Assembly: GCA_964434255.1 (NCBI GenBank)
Contig: CAYSUL010000001.1
Coordinates: 104,856 to 168,855 of the forward strand
DNA: 64,000 bases
Direction: 5' to 3'
Origin: an uncultured Candidatus Saccharibacteria bacterium
Lineage (GTDB): Bacteria > Patescibacteriota > Minisyncoccia > Phycocordibacterales > Phycocordibacteraceae
Numbering within the stretch: the stretch's first letter is position 1; the number at the start of each line of letters is the position of its first letter. Shown in pieces: positions 19,217-27,664 of the stretch. The position numbers and the translations under genes are program-made. The notes under the pieces are model-generated. The model ran no database searches and had not been told where the DNA came from. It worked only from the letters and a program-made list of their open reading frames with translations.

Positions 19217-19548
19217 TGAGGGAGTATAGCAAAGCGGCGCCCGAGGGCGCCGCAGTCGCTAATTGAGACCGGCGGAGCGCTGGAGACGGATGAGCCCGCC
19301 AACTACGCACTCCTCTGGATCGAATGGTTCTGCCAACACGAGGTAATACGGATGGGAATCGCCACTGATCCAATATCGCGTGTCTGCCGGAGACGGAGTA
19401 GTGAGAAGTTTTGTAAAAGCCGGTTCGGTCGTGCAGTCGCGGAAGACCATTGCCCCGCTCGCATCCACGAATTCGAGGGAGACTCGCATGGGGAAACCTC
19501 TCTGCATGCTGTTGCGGGTTACACCTGCAATAAGGATAGCACCTGCTT

Positions 19549-19624
19549 TGGAGCCGAAGGGGAGATTCGAACTCCCGACATTTCGCTTACGATGCGAACG
19601 CTCTACCAACTGAGCTACTTCGGC
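19549..19624 (-). tRNA. tRNA-Thr (anticodon CGU)
   Basis: 76-nt cloverleaf with anticodon loop AUCGUAA and an encoded CCA end. The ORF-track artefact EVAQLVERS is its translation. Confidence 0.85.
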
Positions 19625-19641
19625 GAAGTGTAGGGAATATA

Positions 19642-20112
19642 TCATAATCCCGAATTCTTGCGAGAGCGTTTTCTATAAAGAAGGCCTGCCTCCTTCGCAC
19701 GATTACTGATAGCTCGGTTGGGCCTACCCTTACCTTTGTTTAAGGCAGCAAACGTGGTGGTAAGTGCATCACAATTCGGACAGAGAAGCCGTAGGTTCCC
19801 TTCAGAATTATTCCTCCAATTACCATCAATATGATCCGCCACGAGCGGCGCCTCTCCTGTTTTTGGGTTCTTTTCCGACCATCCGCACACACAGCATTTA
19901 TTTTCGAACTTCTCACGTAAATACCTTTTGACTGTCTTGTTGACCAAGCCAATACTAGTCAGTCCAGCTACTTCCCCAGATTTCCATCGCTTTATAAATA
20001 TCCTGTTTTGATATACGAACTGACACTTATTGCTGCAATATTTATAAGTGGAACGCGGAGTTTCTCCGCCACAAGCGAGACAGGGCGTCCTCGGCTTCTT
20101 CGGGTTCGGCAT
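19642..20112 (-). CDS. HNH endonuclease (low-GC, probably horizontally acquired)
   Basis: HNH motif (ADHIDGNWRNNSEGNLRLLCPNC) with N-terminal CxxC...C zinc-ribbon-like cysteines. Local GC about 45% versus about 60% background. Directly adjacent to tRNA-Thr. Confidence 0.7.
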   Translation of the reverse strand: MPNPKKPRTPCLACGGETPRSTYKYCSNKCQFVYQNRIFIKRWKSGEVAGLTSIGLVNKTVKRYLREKFENKCCVCGWSEKNPKTGEAPLVADHIDGNWRNNSEGNLRLLCPNCDALTTTFAALNKGKGRPNRAISNRAKEAGLLYRKRSRKNSGL

Positions 20113-20153
20113 ACCCCACCTCTATACCAGATAGAGATAATGAAAATATGAAA

Positions 20154-20750
20154 TTACGCGTGCTTCTTCCAGTAGAACAGGCCGATAAGCGTACCGATGA
20201 TGCTTCCGATGAGATTCACGACGAGATCGATCGCGGTGTTGTAGTAGCCGCCAACATCGGTGTCCGGGATGGTGAGCTTCGCTATGAACTCGATTATCTC
20301 GTTCGCGGCGCCGATGCCCATCGCACCGAATATGGTCAGGAGCGCGAGACCGATGGGGTGGAACTTCCCGTCGCGGGCGAGGAAGAAATAGACGGCGAGT
20401 GCCGCGATGATGGAGCCATACGTATGAACTATCTGATCGAACTTGATGAACGTGAGCCCGGTCGGATTATCGAGCGGCATGACCACATAGTTATAGAGGA
20501 CGTCATTCGCCACCTGTATGCCGCCACCGAGTATATGGAGGAGCATCTGGAGCGAGAGCATCCAGAGGAGCCAATCGGGCAGGCACGTCCATTTGAGCGT
20601 GCAGGCGACGAGCGCCAATATGAGGGCAACCGCAGCGATATATCCCAAGAACTCCGTGTTCCCTACCGATATGAAATAGAACACCGCAATGACGATGTAT
20701 GCGAGCGTGAATAGGCCGAGCGCTATCCGGGAGGGGGTGATGATATTCAT
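20154..20750 (-). CDS. Hypothetical integral membrane protein
   Basis: 5-6 TM helices. No confident family. Confidence 0.4.
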   Translation of the reverse strand: MNIITPSRIALGLFTLAYIVIAVFYFISVGNTEFLGYIAAVALILALVACTLKWTCLPDWLLWMLSLQMLLHILGGGIQVANDVLYNYVVMPLDNPTGLTFIKFDQIVHTYGSIIAALAVYFFLARDGKFHPIGLALLTIFGAMGIGAANEIIEFIAKLTIPDTDVGGYYNTAIDLVVNLIGSIIGTLIGLFYWKKHA

Positions 20751-20814
20751 GCTCTTGCTGTTGAGTCTCCGTAGCTAATACTACTGACCATGAAGAATAG
20801 TTGAATTCGAGTTG

Positions 20815-20886
20815 AGCCGATGGGCAGAATTGAACTGCCGACCTACTCCTTACCATGGAGTTGCTCTACCCCTGAGCTACATCGGC
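20815..20886 (-). tRNA. tRNA-Thr (anticodon GGU)
   Basis: Cloverleaf with anticodon loop AUGGUAA and T-loop TTCAATT. Confidence 0.85.
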
Positions 20887-20982
20887 GATGTCGCCCGAAG
20901 GCGACCTTCGCAGACTACGGCATTTCCGGTACTTTTTCAAACTTCACCATTCCCCCACCACCTCTCCATATACTGGATCAGA

Positions 20983-21711
20983 ATGCGCATAGCCGTGATA
21001 AATCTCCAGTCCGGCATCGGCACCACGAAAGGCTACGGCCAATATGCCACCTCGGGATGGAAATACGTCCTTCCGCACGGAGCGAAGTATGTACGCGAAG
21101 CAGGGGCGCTTGTCGCTGCTGAGGATATCGATATCGCCCTCATTACGGAAGTGGACGACCGAGGCCTTCGTTCAGGCTTCCTTCCTCAGAGCGAAACCCT
21201 CAGTGAATACTCGGGTATTCCGCATACCAGGTTCTTCCCGACCCGTACCATTGCCCCGCTCGTGGTCGAGGGGAACACCATTCTCTCTCGGTATCCGATA
21301 ACCCATACGGAGACGCACCCACTTTCCATCGGGACTATCCCCCGCGTTATGGGAGAGATCATCGTCCATGTCGAGGAGCAACGGGTGCATGTATTCGTTG
21401 CGCACCTGGGCATACGCAACATCGCACGCGCGAAGCAGATACAAGATATCCATCGCATCATTACGGAACGCGACGAGCCCGTCATACTCGGCGGGGACTT
21501 CAATGAACGCGATCACGAAGCGTTCGAGATACTGCGGACTGCGGGCTTCGCGCATATAGTCGCGCTCCCCACCTTCCCGTCATGGAAGCCGGTCCATTCA
21601 CTCTCGGTACTTTTCCTATCGGATCACTTCCACGCTCCGACATCATCCATACCTGACGCCGCTTCTTTCTCGGACCATTTGCCGCTGCTGGCTGAAACTA
21701 GCTTTCGATAG
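20983..21711 (+). CDS. Endonuclease/exonuclease/phosphatase (EEP) family protein
   Basis: EEP pattern (INLQSG..., GGDFNE, SDHLPL). The track ORF starts at 20812, but the 5' 57 codons are antisense to the tRNA; ATG at 20983 was chosen. Confidence 0.6.
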   Translation: MRIAVINLQSGIGTTKGYGQYATSGWKYVLPHGAKYVREAGALVAAEDIDIALITEVDDRGLRSGFLPQSETLSEYSGIPHTRFFPTRTIAPLVVEGNTILSRYPITHTETHPLSIGTIPRVMGEIIVHVEEQRVHVFVAHLGIRNIARAKQIQDIHRIITERDEPVILGGDFNERDHEAFEILRTAGFAHIVALPTFPSWKPVHSLSVLFLSDHFHAPTSSIPDAASFSDHLPLLAETSFR

Positions 21712-21760
21712 TAGTTTCTTGCAAACACAAAACCGCCCACATGGACGGTTTTGTGAAGTG

Positions 21761-22042
21761 CGCGGTCGACCGGACTTGAACCGGCAACCTTCCGCGTGCA
21801 TGCTACCCCCCTACTTTCGTAGGGGCATGGACTATATCTTCACCATAGGTTTCCCCGTAGGTGCTCCGGTATCTAGTCTCTACGGCGCCCCCCTCCGAGT
21901 GAGGGGGTTCCCTCGGTATTCGCATATCCTGGTAGACCAGGACTTAGCATTCACCGATATCCCAGAGAGTTTCAACTTGACTTTCGAACAAGAAGCTGCC
22001 TAATCGACAGGCGGATGCTCTAACCAGTTGAGCTACGACCGC
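21761..22042 (-). tRNA. tRNA-Asp (anticodon GUC) interrupted by a 208-nt group I intron in the anticodon loop
   Basis: Exon 1 (22042-22007) is GCGGTCGTAGCTCAACTGGTTAGAGCATCCGCCUGU. Exon 2 (21798-21761) is CACGCGGAAGGTTGCCGGTTCAAGTCCGGTCGACCGCG. The spliced product folds as tRNA-Asp with loop CUGUCAC and discriminator G73. Confidence 0.6.
21799..22006 (-). ncRNA. Group I self-splicing intron (ORF-less, compact) within tRNA-Asp
   Basis: Contains group I core elements in the correct order: R-like GTAGAGACTAGA, a P4-like CGGGGAAACC and the S element AAGATATAGTCC. P1 can form between exon CUGU|C and intron GGCAG with a U-G pair at the splice site. The intron ends in G before the 3' exon. Confidence 0.55.
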
Positions 22043-22120
22043 ACTATGCTGAATATCAATCCCTTAACCGACTAACGCGCACGAGTCGAATATAGCCTGG
22101 AATCAGACTATAGACAACTC

Positions 22121-22197
22121 TGGTGCCGACGGCAGGGAACGATCCTGCGACCTTAGCTTTATGAGTGCTACGCTCTAACCAACTGAGCTACGTCGGC
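22121..22197 (-). tRNA. tRNA with CAU anticodon (elongator Met or Ile2/lysidine type), atypical A54/U58 T-loop
   Basis: Cloverleaf with acceptor GCCGACG/CGTCGGC, anticodon loop CUCAUAA and T-arm GCAGG-ATCGTTC-CCTGC. CCA is encoded. No initiator features (G1-C72). Confidence 0.7.
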
Positions 22198-22876
22198 AAT
22201 TCTCGATTTGAGCAATGCGCTCTATATAGGCCAATATCTTGTCTCTAATATCTGTACCCTTTGAGACACGCAATGCCAGAACACCATAATACACATCGCG
22301 GTTCTCGTAAATCTTTTTCCCTCTATCTAGGAAGGTGGTGCGTCGGAATTGACTAATCGGAATATCGAGAGCCTTGCTCCAAAACCGTAGAATGTCTGTC
22401 TCGCGGTCGCGATGCGTGTCGCTTATGAATATCCGTGGCATGAAACGAGACTTCTCCACCTCGAGACATTCCATGAACCAACGACTCATGAGTTGAATGA
22501 CCCGTGGGTCTGAATTTATCAGAGCGAGCGACCCAGAGTTCGATTTAACGCCCTCTCCCCAGTACAAGCCTATCCCGATTAGGAACAGCTCCCTATCCGT
22601 AAGATCAGGCAGAATGTTGATAGCTTCTTCCTGCGCGACTTTCAGACGATTCGATCGCTTCATTCTATTCATCTCAGCCCCAATCATCCGTCCGCGATGG
22701 CCTGCCACTATCTGTTTCGCATGAAGTACCTCCTTTTGCTCCGGTGTTAACTCGATATCTCGAAGCCACAAACTGACCGTGCTGGGAGCGATTTTTATCG
22801 CCCGGCCTATTTCCTTAACGCTCATCCCTTTCCGCCTCAGTTCGATAGCCCTTCGTTTCTCCTCTGGTTTAGCCAT
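22175..22876 (-). CDS. HTH domain protein with LAGLIDADG-like (GLYWGEG) motif; putative free-standing homing endonuclease (paralog of 59121..59795)
   Basis: N-terminal HTH (MSVKEIGRAIKIAPSTVSLWL) followed by FLIGIGLYWGEGVKS, resembling the LAGLIDADG block (cf. GLWIGDG). Low local GC. Its 3' end overlaps the first 23 nt of the downstream tRNA. Confidence 0.45.
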   Translation of the reverse strand: MAKPEEKRRAIELRRKGMSVKEIGRAIKIAPSTVSLWLRDIELTPEQKEVLHAKQIVAGHRGRMIGAEMNRMKRSNRLKVAQEEAINILPDLTDRELFLIGIGLYWGEGVKSNSGSLALINSDPRVIQLMSRWFMECLEVEKSRFMPRIFISDTHRDRETDILRFWSKALDIPISQFRRTTFLDRGKKIYENRDVYYGVLALRVSKGTDIRDKILAYIERIAQIENCRRSSVG

Positions 22877-23031
22877 ATGTATCGCTATCATTTTCCTGCA
22901 GGCCTCATCATCATTTCCTGGAATTTATATAAAGGAAATCTGGAATAGTAATCGTCTCGCTATGCCCACCACACCTCTTTCCTTCGTCCCATTCGCGAAG
23001 CTCCCTGTTACAATCCACTCAACATAGCCGC

Positions 23032-23700
23032 ATGAGAGTTCTTGTCGTCGAAGATGAGCAGCAGATCGCAGACTTCCTCAAGGAATCCTTCGAGGCGGAG
23101 TATTTCGTAGTCGATGTCGCGAGCGATGGCGAGCGTGGTTCCTATTACGCCCGCACGAACGACTACGACCTCATCGTGCTCGATAACATGCTGCCGAAGA
23201 AGGAGGGTGCGCAGGTGTGCCGAGAGGTCCGCGCAGCCGGCCGCCTCATGCCCATACTCATCGTATCGGTCCGGAGCCATACGCTGGATAAGGTGGAGCT
23301 GCTCGATGCCGGCGCGGACGACTATCTCGCCAAGCCCTTCGCACTTGAGGAGCTTATGGCCCGCTCGCGCGCATTGCTCCGCCGGCCGCAACCGCTCGAG
23401 GGAGATATCCTCCAGATAGAGGACATCGTACTCGATACGAGGTCAGGCATCGTCCGCAAGGGAGAAAGCGACATCCGCCTTACGCGCAAAGAATACATGC
23501 TCCTGCGCTATCTCATGAAGAATCCCGGTATCGTACTTTCGCGCGGCATGATACTCGAGCATGTATGGGACATGGAAGTCGATATCTTCTCCAACACCAT
23601 CGAGTCCCATATCCTCTCGCTTCGGAAGAAGATGGGAAACCGGGGGCGGGATAGCCTTATCCAGACCATTTCCGGAAGAGGCTATCGCATGGGCACCTAA
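23032..23700 (+). CDS. OmpR-family two-component response regulator
   Basis: Receiver domain (VLVVEDE...D...LDNMLP) and a winged-helix output domain. Confidence 0.85.
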   Translation: MRVLVVEDEQQIADFLKESFEAEYFVVDVASDGERGSYYARTNDYDLIVLDNMLPKKEGAQVCREVRAAGRLMPILIVSVRSHTLDKVELLDAGADDYLAKPFALEELMARSRALLRRPQPLEGDILQIEDIVLDTRSGIVRKGESDIRLTRKEYMLLRYLMKNPGIVLSRGMILEHVWDMEVDIFSNTIESHILSLRKKMGNRGRDSLIQTISGRGYRMGT

Positions 23701-23794
23701 AGATTTCTTTATCTTTTCTCCAGGAAAATTTTAACAATGGCTTCGTATCATTCTGGGTAATGACGTATTGCACGACTAGGTAACGATTCAGCGG

Positions 23795-24970
23795 ATGGAG
23801 TCACCTGAAAGGCCGACCGCACTCGGTATCCTTGCTTTCGCTCGTTCTTGGTGGACGGGTTTCTGTTCCATCGTCCAGAACGATGATTACGACCATGCCG
23901 AAATCCTGCATTCACTCAGCGAGATACTCTATACGAACCTCGAGTTCAGCGACCTCATACGCGAGTCTGAGAAAAGCCTTGCGAAGATACTCAGGGCCGA
24001 ATCGGTCACCATCCGATTCTCCGAAGAGCACGGTATCGATACCCCTGATTTCGATGCACTCGCTACCGAACATATCGTGGCGATACCCATCGTCATCGGC
24101 ACGCACACCATCGGTACCATATCGTTCGAGAAGCGGCTTTCCGGAAAGCCGTACAGCGAGAATGACCTCAAACTCCTCAAGACGTTCTCGTACCAGGCAG
24201 CAACCGCCTTCCATCGTGCGCATCTCCATACGAAGACGAAAGAGCACGCGAACGAGCTCGAACGCATTGTCGCTAAGCGTACGCGTGCGCTTCGCAGGGC
24301 GCAGGCGTACGAACGGAGGATGATAGTCGATCTTTCGCACAATCTCCAGACGCCCCTTACCGTCTTCCGAGCGAAGCTCGAACAGCTCAAGTCGCAGGAC
24401 AAGGAAACGGAAGCGCTTGAGCTCGCGCTGAACGAGCTCTCCGGCTTCATTCATGACCTCCTGGCCCTCGCGCGCCTCGATGGTGAGCCCGCACAGGAAC
24501 ATGTTCCCTTCGACGTCTCCCTGCTGCTTCGGGATATCGTGGACGAGGTCGGCATCATTGCTGCGGCCAATGTGCGGATAGAGAGCGATATACCGAGCGG
24601 AATCATGATCTGCGGCGACGACAAGCGATTGCGGGAGGCGGTGCTGAATATCGCGAGTAATTCCCTCAACTATATGCGGGAAGACGGGGATAGGCGGCTT
24701 TCCTTCTCCCTCGGACAGGATGCGGGGACGATCAGAATCGCTATCCGCGATACCGGCATCGGCATACCGCAATCCGAGCTAGCGCGTGTCTTCGATCGCT
24801 TCTATCGAGGCACGAACGTGCCGCTTCCCGTACTTGGGAGCGGACTCGGGCTATCGATAGCCAAGCGCATTAGCGAGCAGCATGGCGGCCGTATCTTCAT
24901 AGAAAGCACGCAGGGCGTCGGCACGAACGTTTCGCTCCACCTTCCTGCTGGGACGGCGCTCCACGTATAG
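23795..24970 (+). CDS. Sensor histidine kinase (cytoplasmic, GAF-like N-terminal region)
   Basis: H-box (LSHNLQTPLT), an N box and G1/G2 boxes (DTGIGIP, GSGLGLSIAKR). No TM segment. Confidence 0.8.
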   Translation: MESPERPTALGILAFARSWWTGFCSIVQNDDYDHAEILHSLSEILYTNLEFSDLIRESEKSLAKILRAESVTIRFSEEHGIDTPDFDALATEHIVAIPIVIGTHTIGTISFEKRLSGKPYSENDLKLLKTFSYQAATAFHRAHLHTKTKEHANELERIVAKRTRALRRAQAYERRMIVDLSHNLQTPLTVFRAKLEQLKSQDKETEALELALNELSGFIHDLLALARLDGEPAQEHVPFDVSLLLRDIVDEVGIIAAANVRIESDIPSGIMICGDDKRLREAVLNIASNSLNYMREDGDRRLSFSLGQDAGTIRIAIRDTGIGIPQSELARVFDRFYRGTNVPLPVLGSGLGLSIAKRISEQHGGRIFIESTQGVGTNVSLHLPAGTALHV

Positions 24971-24980
24971 TCGACAAGCG

Positions 24981-25949
24981 CTAACTCACCGCGAACCGGG
25001 CAAGGTTCACGAACTGGATAGCGAGAAATACCCCATAGAAGAGAAGCAGGGCTACACCTTCTCTACGCGAAAGGATTGAACGAGAACGGGCGAAGAAATA
25101 GAACGCGGTGAATCCTACGAACATAAGGAGTGCGGATGCTACGAACTCGCTGCTCTCGACGACGAATCCCCCTGACAAGAGCGCGAGCATTCCGAAGATG
25201 GGAACGTTCGCAGCAGCGGAGCCCAGATAATCACCGAACGCGATGTCCTTGCGCTTCTCGAGCACAGCACGGACCGCGATGACGATCTCGGGGATATTGG
25301 TCCCCACCGAGAGCAGGATGAGCCCGATAAGCGAAGATGGTACGTCAATAAGGCGCGCGACCTCGACGGTCTGCTCGACGAGGAAATGCGATGCGACGAA
25401 TATCGCTCCGGCGCTCAAGAGTATCTTCCCAGTATCGATGAGGAGACCGCGCTTGCCGCCTGCGGCTTCTGGTATGCATACGTTCGTCTCGGTAGCCTCG
25501 GGGCGGTTCCGTATCGAGTACGCGAGCGCCGCGTACGCCAGGACGGCGAACGCGCCCTCGAGCATGGTCACGCGCCCGTCCGCGAGCAGGAGCACCGGGA
25601 GCAGGACGACTAGGAGAGTGAACGCGAGCATCTCCTTCGAGACCAGTCCCTTGAGCGATATGCCGTTACCGGCGACCGCGAGGAATGGAACGATGAGCAG
25701 GAGGATGACGAACGATGCGCCGACGAGATTGCCGGCGGAGACCCCAGGCACTCCGGCGAGCCCCGCGTTCATGGCGACCGATATCTCGCTAATGGAAGTG
25801 AGGAATCCGAGCAGGAAGAACGCAGTTCCAAACCCCGAGCGGCAGAGCCGCATGGAGATGCGCCCCACGGTATCGAGAAGGACGCCCGCGAAGAACCAGA
25901 CGACCCCTATCGAAAGCAGGAATACAAGGAGATGGGAGACCAGAGACAT
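24981..25949 (-). CDS. Na+/Ca2+ (CaCA family, YrbG-like) antiporter
   Basis: Two internal alpha-repeat halves, each with a G(S/T)N(I/V)PE-like motif (GTNIPEIVI), and about 10 TM helices. Confidence 0.65.
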   Translation of the reverse strand: MSLVSHLLVFLLSIGVVWFFAGVLLDTVGRISMRLCRSGFGTAFFLLGFLTSISEISVAMNAGLAGVPGVSAGNLVGASFVILLLIVPFLAVAGNGISLKGLVSKEMLAFTLLVVLLPVLLLADGRVTMLEGAFAVLAYAALAYSIRNRPEATETNVCIPEAAGGKRGLLIDTGKILLSAGAIFVASHFLVEQTVEVARLIDVPSSLIGLILLSVGTNIPEIVIAVRAVLEKRKDIAFGDYLGSAAANVPIFGMLALLSGGFVVESSEFVASALLMFVGFTAFYFFARSRSILSRREGVALLLFYGVFLAIQFVNLARFAVS

Positions 25950-26013
25950 ATGACCGGAATATTGTACCCCAGGGCAATCGATGCGGTTCCCGAGGGGTTA
26001 GAAACGCGTTCGC

Positions 26014-27237
26014 TTAGTGCCCATGCCCCGGAACGATGACGCCATCGTATATTTCCTTATTCTCTTCCCCCGATACCGTAAGGACTCCCCACGCTCCCTT
26101 CTCCATGCGTGCGAGCGCATGATCGACTAACACATAGTTCCCTGGAACCTGCGTATCGAACTCCACGACCGAGGCGCCGCCCGCAGGAACGATGGTCGTT
26201 TGAACATCGGTATGCGGAATGGAAGTCAATGATGCTTCTGGGAACACCCGATCGAATACTTCTCCGATGACGTGGAAGGACGATACGAGGTTCACGCCGC
26301 CGTTGCCGAAGTAAATGCGCGTGGTTTCGCCAGTGTTCGCCTGCATACGATCCGAGAGCCCGCCGATTTTGCCGTTGAAGACGACGTACGTAGGGTTGCC
26401 ATCAAGCATCGCCTTGGCGTCGAAGAGCTGGAGGCCCTTTCGACCCATGCCCCCGGTCGCATAGTATTCTCCCTGCATTACGTAATATTCGTTATCTACG
26501 GGCGCCAATCCTTCTTCCGGCTCTACGAGGATCAAGCCGTACATGCCATGCGTCATGTGGTTCGCGACGTTCGGCGTCGCGCAATGGTAGACGAACAGTC
26601 CGGGATGAAGCGCCTTGAAGGTGACGGTGGCTGATTCCCCCGGCGCGACCATAGTGGACACTGCTCCACCACCAGGACCCGTGACCGCATGCAAGTCGAT
26701 ATTGTGGTGGTGCAAGCTGGTCGGATCGTTATGGAGCGTAAGCTCGACCGTGTCGCCCTCGCGAACGCGGAGCATCGGTCCCGGGATCTTCCCATCAAAG
26801 GTCCAGTAGTTAACGAATACCCCTGGCGCCATCTCAGCGATGACTTCTTTTGCGGTTAGTTCTACTTTCACGCGTTCGGATACCGTCCGCTCGATTGGTG
26901 GCGGGACTTCGTTCGGGTCGCGAGCGATATCATCCACACGTTCGATCTCATCGAAATGAGTGAGCAATCCCCACACATTCGACAGCGGGAGTACCGGCCC
27001 TTCTGCCGGCCCGTACGTAATGAGAGAAAGTGGGTACTCGAGATTCCGCGGCAACCCATTGGGTACATAGAACACGATCGAAACGGCGAGGAACACGACG
27101 ACGAGCGCAATGCGCATCGAATACCACCGTAGGTGCCGCAACGAGAGATAGATGAAGATGCCAGCGAAGATGAAGGCGATGAACAATCCAGCAGCTTGGA
27201 CGAAGTACGACCAGGTGTACGAGAGCAATTGCAGCAT
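26014..27237 (-). CDS. nirK: Copper-containing nitrite reductase (NirK-type multicopper oxidase) with N-terminal membrane anchor
   Basis: Type-1/type-2 Cu ligand motifs (HNIDLHAVTG, YHCATPNVANHMTHGMYG, SFHVIGE). Two N-terminal TM helices. Confidence 0.7.
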   Translation of the reverse strand: MLQLLSYTWSYFVQAAGLFIAFIFAGIFIYLSLRHLRWYSMRIALVVVFLAVSIVFYVPNGLPRNLEYPLSLITYGPAEGPVLPLSNVWGLLTHFDEIERVDDIARDPNEVPPPIERTVSERVKVELTAKEVIAEMAPGVFVNYWTFDGKIPGPMLRVREGDTVELTLHNDPTSLHHHNIDLHAVTGPGGGAVSTMVAPGESATVTFKALHPGLFVYHCATPNVANHMTHGMYGLILVEPEEGLAPVDNEYYVMQGEYYATGGMGRKGLQLFDAKAMLDGNPTYVVFNGKIGGLSDRMQANTGETTRIYFGNGGVNLVSSFHVIGEVFDRVFPEASLTSIPHTDVQTTIVPAGGASVVEFDTQVPGNYVLVDHALARMEKGAWGVLTVSGEENKEIYDGVIVPGHGH

Positions 27238-27246
27238 AAATAGGAT

Positions 27247-27600
27247 TTAGAAAGGGATTTTACATTCGTCGAAGCAATGCGCGCTCCGGTTAAGGCGATA
27301 GACCCGCTCGCGCCCCTGGTCGGTGCTCTCGACGGCATCGACGGAACGCAACGCATTGAGGTGATGGGTCACGGTCGGCTGGGCAAGCTTAAGTTTTTTG
27401 GTAAGCGCCGAGACGGTCATTCCATTCGCTTCCTTCCCCAGGAGGCACACGAGCGTATACCGGCTCTTCGAACCGACCACCTTAAAGCAGTCCGGGCAAA
27501 GCTCCTCTTCCGAGGTAACCGATTTCTTAACCCATGCAGGCCTCTTATACGTGCGCTCGCTTGCCGGCTTCTTCGTTGTCCCCACCTTTTTTTGATTCAT
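27247..27600 (-). CDS. ArsR/SmtB-family metal-sensing transcriptional regulator
   Basis: wHTH (VSALTKKLKLAQPTVTHHLNAL) plus N- and C-terminal Cys clusters (CPDC, CFDEC). Confidence 0.6.
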   Translation of the reverse strand: MNQKKVGTTKKPASERTYKRPAWVKKSVTSEEELCPDCFKVVGSKSRYTLVCLLGKEANGMTVSALTKKLKLAQPTVTHHLNALRSVDAVESTDQGRERVYRLNRSAHCFDECKIPF

Positions 27601-27664
27601 AGATGACCATCTATTGATACACTGATAAACCCATAGACGCTTATCAATATATCACCTTACTTTT

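Noticed and set aside
19217-19300. Searched for the RF2 programmed +1 frameshift site (CUU UGA C with upstream SD) ahead of prfB
   Set aside because: No short upstream 0-frame ORF or CTTTGAC heptamer is present. Only a hairpin and a -10-like element are there, so prfB is called as a single non-frameshifted ORF.
19259-19645. 128-aa ORF containing 'EVAQLVERSHRKRNVGSSNLPFGSKAG'
   Set aside because: That peptide is the classic translation artefact of a tRNA gene read through. The region 19549..19624 folds as tRNA-Thr(CGU).
20812-20982. 5' extension of the EEP-family ORF
   Set aside because: The first 57 codons are antisense to tRNA-Thr(GGU). An internal ATG at 20983 gives a sensible start.
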